Positions 12,971 to 24,949 are shown, counted from the first letter of the stretch. The stretch: DNA of 64,000 nucleotides from Antechinus flavipes (GCF_016432865.1 NC_067400.1:519932001-519996000); one strand, 5' to 3'. A program made the numbers and translations. Notes: generated by a model from the sequence alone, not told the origin.

Positions 12971-13723
12971 GCTGGCTTAGGGTTGTAGATTTAGAAATGG
13001 AGGGTTCCTTAGTGTTCTTGGGCAACTAGTCTCATCCCCTCATTTTACAGATGAAGAAACTGAAGTCCAAAACATTTTCCCCAGATAATAGTACAGCTAG
13101 AAGCAACTTTCGAGATCATCTATTCAAACCCTCTCATGTTATGGATCTGGAAATCGAAGGCCAAATTTATTAAAGAACTTAGCCAACAATCACACAAGCA
13201 AGAAGGGTGGCATTCTGTCCTCTGCATATTTGCAGGAGAAAAAGGGCAAAATTTTAGTTAATAAATTGTCCGAAGTGAAGTAGACACCCAGGGAATTGAC
13301 CTGAGAAGTCTTTGTCACAGGGCTATGGAAAACCCTATATTTAACAATACTGCAAGAATCCCTTTTCCCCAGGGCATATGTGGTTTAAAGACAGAGGGTA
13401 TCTCCTTAATGATTTTACATTTTATTCTTGTATTAGAGTAAATGCTAGCTTTCTCTGTATGTATAGTATTTTTTATATATGTATATACTCTTTAGTATGT
13501 AAACTGAGAAAGTGAACATTCTAGCTTTATGTTTTATTGGCCATTTTGTGACTGGTATTCAATTTAGGACCTAGGAATTGAGATGCCATTTCATTTCAGT
13601 GACATTTACTTCACTGAATATTTTGTTTTATTCTAGTATCTGTCTTCGTAGTTTAACTCGAGCAGGAACCCCAGGTGTGAACCAAAGTTTTAAGAAAGGG
13701 TCAAGTAATAGTTCCTCTTCCAA

Positions 13724-14135
13724 CCCTGCTCACAGACTTTACTTCTTGGTTTCAGCTTCTGACTCAAAGCCTGGGACTTTAATCCTACATATTCCTTCAT
13801 TTGTCTGATTAACGGGAGAGGGATCAGCAGGATGAGAAATAGAGAAAAGACCTGGATACCAGCCAGCCTGTATAAGTGTTATGACTATTTTTTAAGAAGC
13901 TTTACAAAAGCCTCATCATGTAAATCAATATTAACATGGGATTCTGTTAAGGAAACTGTATTTAGAGAAGGACTGAGTAGACTGGGCTTTGTCCCCTTAT
14001 TGTTTCAAGAGAATTTGTATCTTAGAAATTAAATTGCCTAATTACTCTCTATAAGCTTTGGGTCTCAAGGTTCCCCAGTTTTGAAATTCTAGTCTCTCCT
14101 GTTTTCCTCCTTAGATGAGTGACCAAAACAACTCA
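13724..14135 (+). repeat. Inverted repeat arm A1 (412 bp)
   Basis: Reverse complement of 17039-17450 with 5 substitutions and no indels. Confidence 0.97.
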
Positions 14136-15554
14136 TGGTTCAGAGCTCTGGAGTCCCTCTGATGTTTCCCTAATGCTATGCCCTTAGGGCATTATTGCTA
14201 AAAGAGCTCCTTCAGGCTCCTGAACCTGTCTCTTTCTTTAATTGGTATTTATTGCCAGAGATAACTCTTTCTGTCCTTGCAAAGCATTGTTTAGTCTCAT
14301 ATCTTGCTTGACTGATTGGGCCTGCTCTCTCATGAATATGGTATCTTCTACTGGGTAAATAGTTCTTTTATAAGACGTATGACCAAAGAAGGATGAAATG
14401 GAGAGAAGTGTTCCCTCCACATACCTGAAAAGACAAAGAAAATTTCTCTTTCAAAATTCACATCCTCCTCCATAGCTAATTCTCTTCCTTACTGTCAGAA
14501 TTTAACATTCCTTAGAGATTGATCTTAACTACTCCCTAGAAAGTATATCTTGCTTTTTAAAAAAAATACTAGATGTATAGTTGATGCTTCAGCCCTAAAG
14601 TGGCAACAAAGTGCAGACATTTCTTATTATTTGATGTAATAACTTAATAACTCATTGTCTCTGTTTCCTATACTTTATATCCCATATAATTTCATCAACT
14701 TTGTTAAAGTAAATCAATTGTTCAGAAGTCTTCTTTATTGGTTTTTCTCCTTTTGGAATATATAAATCTTTCAATTTTTTAAACTTCTTAACATATTCCA
14801 GTGGAATTTCTGTAAACTAATTTATTTAAATAAGCTATAGTTACCAAAAAACAGGAAATGAACAGAAATAGATGTAGGTTTTCACCACTTCTTCAGGAAA
14901 TTTAATCAATGTAAATCAGTTGCAAAAATGAGAAGTCCAGAAGAACCTTAACATTTTATGAAATTCTTGACCTTCTTGCCATGTGAAAGAAATATGGTAG
15001 CCAAGGAGAACACTGACTTAGAATATAAATTCACATATAAAATTTTATTCAGTAGCAAGACAGAATATATTAAGAAGTATTGCATCATAAAACAATAAAA
15101 AATAGTAGAAGGAAAAATAAATTTGCAGGATGCTTGGTAAAAGAGCCAATTAAGCCAAATCACATCAAGAATATTTAAAGATGCACCTAAAAGGAGAAAG
15201 TAGACAAATTAAAAAATGAAACAAATTGTTATGACTTTTTTAAAATCAAAATTAGGTCTAGGGATTGGTCCTATGATTTCATACCTATGGGGAGGTTGTA
15301 GTAAAGAAACTTCCCCTTCTAAATGGACATTAACAGCCATTGTGAAGATTAATAGCCATTGTGTAACTTATTCTTAGAGAAGTGGTCTGGAGAGCATTGA
15401 GAGGTTAAGTGATTCGGACAGACACATACCAGTATGTGTCAGAGGGCTTTTTTTTTTTTACACTGAGACCCATTATCCAATATGCCAAGCTGCCTCTTCT
15501 GCCAAAACCTTCATTTAAAAAAGCTTTTTTCCCAATAAAAGAGAGTGATTTTGA

Positions 15555-15755
15555 TTTTGACACCATAGTCTACCATGTTCTTTATCTTTAGAAATGATGC
15601 TAAAAATTAACAACAGAAAGAATAGCTGATATTAACTTAGTACACATAAATAATACAGTTTTAAGCTCTTGAAAGGTGATTCTTAAGATACGTAAAGGAA
15701 GGGTTTCCAATTCTTGTTGTAAAAAAAATTATAGACATTATTGCTGTTTAAAAAA
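15555..15755 (+). repeat. Direct repeat B1 (~200 bp)
   Basis: Copy at 18121-18320; 123-bp core with 2 mismatches, more diverged 3' flank. Confidence 0.95.
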
Positions 15756-17038
15756 TCAGATAAGATCTAATCTTATGATTCCTTGATAAAGGTAATTCCT
15801 TGAGGAAATTTCTTCCATCAATTAATTTTGAATCCTTTTCTCCAATTTATAATCAGAATGGTGATTGTGAAACGTGAAACATTATCCACTTGGTGAATGG
15901 TCCTATTCTTTGTCCAAAAACATGATGCACTGGGAAATAACCTTTTCTTTCTAGAAGAGGGGTTCTTAATTTTTTGTTTGTTCATTTGCTATGGACCCTG
16001 TAGATAGACTGCTGAGGCCTATCAATTTCTTCTCAAAATAATGTTTAAAATGCATAGAGTTAAAGAATTAAAGTGGTTGGGTCATACAAATGAAAAAGAC
16101 CATAGTGTGAATAAATAGGCTGTGTGTCACAAATAATTGTGAACCAACAGTGACACGAGATGTCAGCAAAGAAATGTGTATCTAGTAGTCAGTCGTTATG
16201 TAGCAGGAGTGAAGGATAATAGGTGAGGTCTCTCATTACCCATATGTCAAGCAGATTTCAAGCAGTTGCTGTGAATAACCCTAGGATGGATTAGAATGGT
16301 TTATTGATCTAGCCAAGTGCAGCAAAGGAAGGTAAAGCAATTTTGTCCTGAGCAGTGTCACATATGGCTTGCTTCTACTGTCCCATAGGGCAATATGCTG
16401 GTGGTGGTCTGGACTGAATCTGTCAAATAGGGATACAAATATTTATATCTCTACCTCAAAAAGTTGTTACAAGGATAATGAGATTATAAATATAAAATAA
16501 ATTGCTTTCTGATCGAAGACCCAGAACCATTAGAGGCTCTAATCTAAGGTTTTCAGGCAAAAAAAAAAAAAAAAAAAGACTCCAATATGGAAGTTGTCAC
16601 ATTACTGGTGAGGTGATAGGGTTAAGGAGCAACCTCTCTTATTCTAATGCTTTCCTTCTGTTGAATATTTCTTATTTTTCATACATAGTTTGTTCATACA
16701 TATTTGTTTGCTAGTTATCTCCTCCATTGGATTGTGAGCTACTTGAGGGTAGGTATTATCTTTGGCTCTTTTTTGTTTGTTTTGTATCCCCAGTACTTAG
16801 CAGTGCCTGTCATGTAATAAGCACTTAATTAATGCTTATTGATTCACTGTCTGGACCAATAGCAAATGTGGAGTTTCTAACAGTTAACCAGGAAGACTTA
16901 CTTAGGACGAAGAAGGTAAAATTATAGCTATTTTACATTAACAAGCTTGCTGAAAAGTTTCAGAATTCAGTTCTAACTAGATACAGTTTAAAACTTAAGC
17001 ATAACAGAATTGTGCATTAAGAGACAGCCAGAAAGTTG

Positions 17039-17450
17039 TGAGTTGTTTTGGCCACTCATCTAAGGAGGAAAACAGGAGAGACTAGAATTTCAAAACTGGG
17101 GAACCTTGAGACCCAAAGCTTATAGAGAGTAATTAGGCAATTTAATTTCTAAAATACAAATTCTCTTGAAACAATAAGGGGACAAAGCCCAGTCTACTCA
17201 GTCCTTCTCTAAATACAGTTTCCTTAACAGAATCCCATGTTAATATTGATTTACATGATGAAGCTTTTGTAAAGTTTCTTAAAAAATAGTCATAACACTT
17301 ATACAGGCTGGCTGGTATCCAGGTCTTTTCTCTATTTCTCATCCTGCTGATCCCTCTCCCGTTAATCAGACAAATGAAGGAATATGTAGGATTAAAGTCC
17401 CAGGCTTTGAGCCAGAAGCTGAAACCAAGAAGTAAAGTCTGTGAGCAGGG
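17039..17450 (-). repeat. Inverted repeat arm A2 (412 bp)
   Basis: Reverse complement of 13724-14135. Confidence 0.97.
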
Positions 17451-17559
17451 CCGGAAGAGGAAGTGACCCTTTCTTAAGTAGGACCATAAATTCAATATAA
17501 AACATCATGGAACTAATGAGAGTATGCCTCCAGTATCCTGGTGAGAATTTATTTATATG

Positions 17560-17690
17560 AATACATGGACAAGAATCTTATAGGATGAGAAGACATGGAT
17601 GGATGTGATCCACAGCACTGGAGAAAGGACAACATGGGTGAGATTACAGATCCATCAAAGTATTGAAGGAAGATAGATGGAATTTTCATA
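17560..17690 (+). mobile_element. RTE LINE 3'-end fragment
   Basis: catggacaaga...ggatgagaagacatggatggatgtgatc...gagattacagatccat resembles the marsupial RTE tail (from memory). Confidence 0.6.
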
Positions 17691-18120
17691 GTATTTTAGT
17701 TTATTAAAAATAACTTTACATTTATAATCTTATTCTTGTAACACTCTCCTAGAGGTAACAAATATTAATGTCCCCATTCAACAGATGATGAAAATGAGCA
17801 TTTAACAATCAGTCAGTAAACCTTTATTAAGCACCTACTATGTGCCTGACACTGTGCCATCCCAGTGCTTAGCACACAATAGATTCTTAATAAATATTTA
17901 TTGACTGACTGACAATGGTCAGGATTCCCATGTGCCTGCCTGTTGAAAGCCATTTTCTTTTTTTCCTTTCATGTTTTAAAGAAATACTTCATTATCCCTG
18001 AAAATTTTTTTAATCTCTTTAATTTCTCTCTAAAAGCCAGAGCATCATAACATAAGTCACTTAGCTGAAATAAAAACATTACCTTAAATAAAATTTTAAA
18101 TTTTTAGTAGTAATATTTTA

Positions 18121-18320
18121 TTTTGGCACCATAGTCTACCATGTTCTTTATCTTTAGAAATGATGCTAAAAATTGACAACAGAAAGAATAGGTGATATTA
18201 ACTTAGTACACATAAATAATACAGTTTTAAGCTCTTGAAAGGTGATTCTCAAGATATGTGAAGGGAGGGTTTCCAATTCTTGTAGTAAAAAAATATATAG
18301 ATATTATATATGTTTAAAAA
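18121..18320 (+). repeat. Direct repeat B2 (~200 bp)
   Basis: Copy of 15555-15755. Confidence 0.95.
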
Positions 18321-18589
18321 TAAAATATAAATAACAAACAAAATAAAAACATTGCTACCTTAAACAGATATCACAAAAATCTTCTTTTTCTCTTTTATTA
18401 AAAATGAGATTTCTGCCTTCATTTCCAATACCTTTCTTCTTTCAGATTTTCAAATTTCACATTTCCAAAAAAGACATGAATACCTCTAATTATCTCTGTG
18501 TCCATATTCTCTAGTCTCTTATCTAATGATGATTCAACCTGGACGTTACATTGAAAGTTCTTTCCCATATGGGGTCATTGATGGGTGTC

Positions 18590-18605
18590 TAGCGCCCCCT
18601 TATGG
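18590..18605 (-). promoter_or_regulatory. Candidate CTCF site
   Basis: TAGCGCCCCCTTATGG matches 14/16 to TAGCGCCCCCTGGTGG; CpG retained in a CpG-poor region. Confidence 0.4.
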
Positions 18606-20844
18606 TTTATTTACACTCCTCCTGAAAAATATTCCTATTCTAGGGACTACTTACTAATCAAGCAACTCCCTTCCTTTTGTGTTTGCTTCTCAAGAAGGAA
18701 ACAGTGCAGAAACTAGATTAGATAAATCTCTTTGTCCCACAGTCATGATGCATTGGGAAAGCCCCTTCTTCCTTTAGAAATTCTGAATATGTGTATAATG
18801 GACCCCGTAAGCAGTCCCAATCCTACTTCAGAATAATGTTTTTAAATGTATAAAATAAAATATATATAATTAAAAGGGAATTCAGTTATGTTAAAATACA
18901 GTTACCAAAATATTTGAAGAAATAATTTCTCAGATATCAGATAAGATTAAGAACCCTAGAATCTAGAATCTAGGTCTTTTCCCCAAACTCAAAAACCTCC
19001 AAAATGGGTTCCTGAAGAATTCCAGGAAATGGGAAAATTTCTCAGTGGGTCTCTCTTTGGCTATATCTATTTTCTGTGCTATGTGCTTTCGCAGAAACTC
19101 ATCAATGTCCCAGTTACTGCCATTTTGTTCACTGGGAAAGTCCATTCTTAGGTCTCCAACCTGTGGTCCGGAAAGACAGAAAATGACCAAGAATTTGAGG
19201 TCCAGAAACTTCCGCAGTAGGCCATTAAGACAAACACACTACAAGCTTTTGCTATAATTCACCATTAATTTCTTTCAGGATTTAGAAATTATTTCATCAT
19301 AGTTTCCTCTGCCATGTACCTCTGCTGTAGATTATGATCACTTAGTCCTGGGGGCGGGGAAGTAAGAAATTGTGCATGGGCATAATCCACTCCTTCAGCA
19401 AATATACGCTACTACATATTGGTTTGCTGCCTTCAAGTCCAAAAGTGGGAATAAACAAAAAAGATTAAAGGCTATGCCACATAGAGGGACAGTCCTATAA
19501 TGAGAGGTCATCCCCCTAAACCTATCAATGAATCAACTTGAATTCCCTGTGTCCTGTCAGAATGATCCCAGTGAAAGTGTCTTTATTGCATGGGAAGGTA
19601 TCTCTTAGATACCACCAAACAAAAGGGTACACTGCTATTTTACCACTTGATTGGAGAACTCATCAAATTGATCAGTAAATCCATCGACCACCTTCCCTTA
19701 CAATAGAATAGTAAACAAAAATATCAGAAAAGAAAATAAGATAAACAGATTTTTGAGCCATAGGTTTTGTTCTGTTTTGTTTTTGCTTTTTCTTAAAATA
19801 TTGAGTTCTCTATATCAATCACTTATATATAATTTTATTCCTTTATCATGTATATTTTTATTCTTGTACATGGCTTGTTAAAAAGATAATGAATTTGGCT
19901 TTGGATATGTTGAGTTTGAGATACCAGTAGACAAGTGGAAATTTTCCCTAATTTGTCAGAGATGTGGACCTAGAAGTTCAAAAGAGAGGACAGGGAAAGC
20001 TTAGCCCAAAGCCCTATACTTAATTCATGTTTATTGAGTTGAATTATTAGTTACAGAAAATCAGAATTTAGCTGAATATAAGGAGAAACTTTCTAACATT
20101 TAGCTCTTCCACAATATAATGAACTACTTTGTGATATAGTAAACCTCTTATCGCTGCAGGTGTGCAAATAGAGATATAACAATCATTTCTTAGATTTCGA
20201 TTATTCATACTTTAGTCCTTAATTCTATAATTCTATGATTTTTATGCCTTGTTCCTAGTGGCTAGATATCTGCCAACTGTATTCAATAAATGTTGAATAA
20301 ATGAATGATGTTTAGGTTCAAATACATTTCTTTTATATGGCTATATGCCTGCTATTTTGAGTCATGCTAATAACTAGACATAGAGAGGTCCTCAATTAGC
20401 ATTGGACTATAGAGAAGGCAGGATGATAAGGTGGGAAAATGCTTAATTTGCTTGCTGTCAGATAGTAAGTATCATATAGTTTCAGCACCTTGCTGCTGTG
20501 ATATTGAACAAGTTTTTGTCTCAACTATCTCCCTTTTCAAATACTGTCTTTTATTGGTTTTCCTCTTGTCTGCCTGACTGTGCCTCCTTAGTCTTTTTTA
20601 CTATATGATACTCCATCTGCCACCCAATAAATATAGTGGTCCCCCCAAAACTATGTTTAATACCTTTTTTTGTGTTTTTGTGTTCCTTTATTAACTCCCA
20701 AGGTTTAATTATCATCTCCTAAAAGTATGTATACTGCTCTAATCTTTTTATAATCCAATTTATAATCCAATTATTTATATAATCCATAATTTATATATAT
20801 AAATCCAATTTTATAACCTTAGATTGTGTGTATATTTTAAATAT

Positions 20845-20992
20845 TTTGTCAGCTGCATTTCAATATAATTGGTTTCTTTTGTAATCCTATGTATTTTATT
20901 TTATGTGTTAAAAGATATTTTTCTGAGAAGGAATCCTTTTACCAGACTGCCAGAGGAGTCCAAAACACAATAAAAGGTTGAAAACCCCTGTT
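20845..20992 (-). mobile_element. Ancient hAT-like non-autonomous DNA transposon (MER-type MITE)
   Basis: CAGGGGTT(C/T)T terminus and ggcagtctgg...tcagaataatgttttaaa core; related copies at ~15955-16065, ~18795-18925, ~22750-22945. Confidence 0.6.
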
Positions 20993-21533
20993 CTAATTTA
21001 ATAAAATGAGCATTTACGTGTGCAAAGTACTATACTAGGTGCTGGGTGTACAAAAACATATAAAAAATTCCTCAGGAAGTTTAATGGAAAGGGATTTGAA
21101 AATATAATATGTAACCAAATAAGTATATATATATATGATTGTTTACGGATGGAGAGAGCACAAAGAAGTAGGGGAATCAGGACCTAACTCTTGAAAAAAG
21201 GTGGGGATTATAAGAGGTAAAAATGGAGTGAATTCCAAGTATATGGGATAGTTTTTCCAAAAACAAAGAGGCCAGATATGTCTTTTGAATTCAGAGTAAG
21301 CCAAGTTGGCTGAATGAAAAATCCATGAAATAAGCCTAGAAAGGTAGGCTAAAGTCAGATTGTGAAGGGTTTTAGGTGACACAATGAGAGATTGCCATTT
21401 ATCTTGAGTTCTTAATCTCTTTTTATTTAAGAAATAAGATCTTTTCACAGCATAGCATTTTCACTTTTGGTTGTTGTTTGCTTGCATTTTGTTTTCTTAC
21501 TCATTTTCTTTCCTTTTTGATCTGATTTTTCTT

Positions 21534-22633
21534 CTTTTTATTTTTTATTAAAGCTTTTTATTTACAAAACATATACATGGGTAACTTTTCAACATTGACC
21601 CTTGCAAAGCCTTCTATTCCAAATTATGCCCTCCTTCCTCCCACCCCCTCCCCAAGATGGCAGATAGTCCAATACATGTCAAATATGTTAAAATATATGT
21701 TATATCTAGTATATATATATATATATACATATTTATAGTTATCTTGCTGCACAAGAAAAATCTGATCAAGAAGGAAAAAAAACCTGGGAAAGAAAACAAA
21801 ATGCAAGCAAACAGAAAGAGTGAGAATGCTATGTTGTGATCCACACTCTGTTCCCATGGTTCTCTCTCTGGGTGTAGATGGCTCTCTTAGTCACTGAACA
21901 ATTTGAACTGGTTTGAATCATCTCATTGTTGAAGAGAACCACGACCATTAGAATTGATCATCATAATGAAGAGGAGAACCCAAAACTTAAAAATCCTCGA
22001 AGGAGAAAATCTTCTTCAACTCTGCTTCAGTGAGGGACTCTCTCCCCTCCCTCCCCCCCAAGATTAAAGCAAACAAGACATTTCCATTGTGTTATCAATT
22101 CCAATGTTACAGAATTGAAGAAACTCATTGAATTCTACTCAAATTCAGCTCAAGCTGAATCCCAGGTCATAGAACTTCACCCATGAGTTCCCTTCAGCTT
22201 GTAGCTAAAGCTCCTATTATAAAAAAGCCAGTCTAAAATCCTCTCTTTGCAGAGGTTCCAAACATGTTAGCTATGCCATGCTTGCCCTGCCAAGGGCCTC
22301 TTCCCACTGCAATATTCTTTTCTAGTGTCATCCTCTCTTTATCCCCACTTATTTCCCTAAGGAGACTTTATGCCTCTCTGTAAGGATTTCTTACTTCCCA
22401 ATACCTATAATAAATCTCTTTTATCAATCTAGGTTTTCACATATATAAATTCCTTTACAGAGAATCTCTGCACCCCCAGAAGGGAGATGCCAAAACTCTC
22501 CATTTGGTTCCCTGAACCCCGAACCTGACACTAGACCTTATCATTTAACTCCCTGACCACCAGAAACCCTAATCTCATTTTGGTTCCCTAAATCTAGATC
22601 TTATCCTTTAGTCTTCTTGTTGCTGTGTATAAT
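21534..22633 (-). mobile_element. 5'-truncated L1 (3' end) with 16-bp TSD, itself interrupted by an LTR
   Basis: TSD tgatctgatttttctt at 21518-21533 and 22634-22649; inserted in a sense L1 3' remnant (~21450-22735). Confidence 0.85.
21967..22606 (+). mobile_element. Solo ERV LTR (~640 bp)
   Basis: Starts with TG; TATA-like ctattataaaaa ~22213; AATAAA ~22409; the L1 sequence resumes seamlessly on both sides; TSD not clear. Confidence 0.7.
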
Positions 22634-24134
22634 TGATCTGATTTTTCTTGAGCAGCAAGAAAATTGTATAAATATATTTACATATAAATAAATAAATACA
22701 TAAAATACATATATTTAATATATATTTTAACATGTATAACAAAAAAAATCCTTTTGGCAATCAGTCTTGTGAAGAACTATGCACCCCTTCTCGAATAATG
22801 CTTTGAAATATGTAGGATGAAAAGGAAACCAACTAAAATAGTTATTCAGTTATCAAAGTATCAAAAAAGCAAATTCAGAAACCTCTGAAATCTATCCATG
22901 AACTTCTTGGGGTCTATGGACTCCAGGTTAAAAACACTTGTCCTGAAGATTCTTTAATTAAAAAGTGACATGGTCTGACTTTTGGTTAAGAAATATTATT
23001 TTGGCAGCTGTGTCAAGGATGAATTAGAGTGGGGAGGAGGGGAGATCCCAACCCAAGAGCCTAATTAGAAATAGGTGTGAGACGATGGGAAGTTATGAAG
23101 GCTCAAATTTTCAATTAGAGAAGATCAGAGCTGTGAGATCTGTCCTCCATCCCCAGTTCTTCTCTTTTCTTTATCCCCTAAATCAATTATCAGTTCTCCT
23201 TCCATGACATTCCTCATCATGGCAAACTTTCTCTTCCCTCATGCTGTCACTATCCCAGCTCAGGTCCTCATCACCTATTGCATTGATAAATACAGTAGTT
23301 TACAACTGGCCTGCAGGCCTCTAGTTTCTCCCCTCCCCAATCCATTCTCAACATGGCCACCAGATTTCTGAGGCAAGAAGTCTGATCATATCATTCCTCT
23401 CTTCAGAAACTTTCTGGGACCTCTTGTTGTGTCTAGGATAAAAGATAAAGCTCTAGGCTAGACATTTTAAGGCCCTCTGCAACCTGATTCCCAACTGCTT
23501 TTCCATATTTCATACTACTTCCTTCCACGCATTTTATGTCATAGCCAAATTGACCCAGTATTTGTTCCTCAGACTGGCACATGTTACACCCCACCTCTAT
23601 GTCTTTTGTCCCCCATGCCCTCCCTTTAGAAAGCCTAGCTTCCTAGATAGTTCTGCAATCAGTATTTCCCATGTGAGGCCTTTCCTCATCCACCCCATTG
23701 TTAGTACTCTCCCTCCTGAAGTTAGTTTGTATTACTTTTCTGTGTTCAAATTCTATTTCTCCAAGAGAAAGTGAGCTTCTTGAGGGCAGGGAATATTCCA
23801 TTTTTGTCTGTGTGGCTGCCCCAGTATTTGTTACAGTAAATGGAATTGAACTGTATTGAAAAGGTGGGATTAAATGATCTCCACGGTATCTTTCAGTTTT
23901 AACATTCTGTGGCCTGTGTTTTAAGATCCCTGCTATGTCCGCCCGGGAGGATTTGGCATCCCTTCCTTTGTACCACCCCAGAAGACTGTGCCGTACACTG
24001 CTGTGGGCTGGATGACATTGCCCATGGACATTTGGCATTTTGGAGGGCCTCCAGCGTAGCAGTTGGAATAAAGAGCTCTCTTGTTGTTCTGAGCAGAAAT
24101 GAAAAGAGCTGTTGTTTTGTTTTTTTTTTTTCAG

Positions 24135-24206
24135 CTGAAGCACCACTCTGTAAAGAGACCTACAGATTTGTGTACTGTGAATATCAGTGGCCAGAAGATT
24201 GCAAAA
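24135..24206 (+). CDS. XRRA1: XRRA1 coding exon A (72 nt): LKHHSVKRPTDLCTVNISGQKIAK
   Basis: Acceptor (t)n-tcag, donor gtaagt; matches human LKHHCVRKPSDLCTINVSGLKFSK. Confidence 0.95.
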
Positions 24207-24949
24207 GTAAGTAGAATCTGTTTCATGCAGGCTCTGCCAAGGCAACACTCTGATTCCAAGAGAAATATGCTGTAGTTTATCTCCTTTGGCAACTTCCTTT
24301 GGCTGGACCTATTTGTGTGCCCCAGAATGAGTAGTGGGCTAAGATTTGAGAAGTCTGAGTTCTATTCTGGGCCTACTGTTTACTCCTTAAGCACACCAGA
24401 TACCCTCTCCAGTCTTCAGTTTCCTTTTCTGCAAAATGTTGTTTTTCAGTTGTGTCTGACTCTCCACGATCCTGGTTGGGTTTTTCTTGGCAGAGATACT
24501 GGAGCAGATTGCCATTTCCTTCTCCAGCTCATTTTACAGATGAGGAAACTGAGGAAATAGAATTAAATGACTTACCCAGAGTCAAACAGCTAGTGTGTGT
24601 TTGAGATTGCATTTGAACTCACAGAGATGAGTCTTCCTGATTCCAGGCTTGGAATTCTATTCATTATATCACCTAGCCACCCCTTGTATAAAATGAAGCT
24701 AAGGATTGATTTTTTCCAGAGCTCCCTACTGTGAGGAGCCAATGAGACAACATGAAAACATTTCACAGAATCAAAGAATTCTTAGAAGAAAGCACCTGCC
24801 CCAGTCCATAACCCAAAGAAATGCTATAATAATAATAATCATAAAAATAAAAACAATAGAAATAATTGTAGAGGTTTTAGTAATAATAATAACTTAAGTA
24901 ACAATAAGAAAATCTGCAGCTCTTTCATGAATACCTTCATGGAGAAGGG

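Noticed and set aside
13320-13398. GKPY(I)NN...EG resembling the XRRA1 first coding exon
   Set aside because: Needs a frameshift, similarity is weak and the donor is poor; the true upstream exons were not found in the window
17142-17495. 117-aa ORF ending ENLYFRN (looks like a TEV site)
   Set aside because: Not ENLYFQ; the paralogous arm reads ENLYLRN; no other vector or tag sequence nearby
19430-19640. VWWYLRDTFP / FGLEGSKPI resemblance to DGAT2/MOGAT
   Set aside because: Motif spacing is far too short and stops intervene
1-24134. SPCS2 (head-to-head neighbour of human XRRA1) or a CpG-island promoter
   Set aside because: No SPCS2 motifs seen, and no CpG island other than the L1 5'UTR
23643-24248. 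201-aa - strand ORF (longest non-L1 ORF)
   Set aside because: Patchwork of antisense exon A, intron poly(T) and an L2 tail; no recognisable domain
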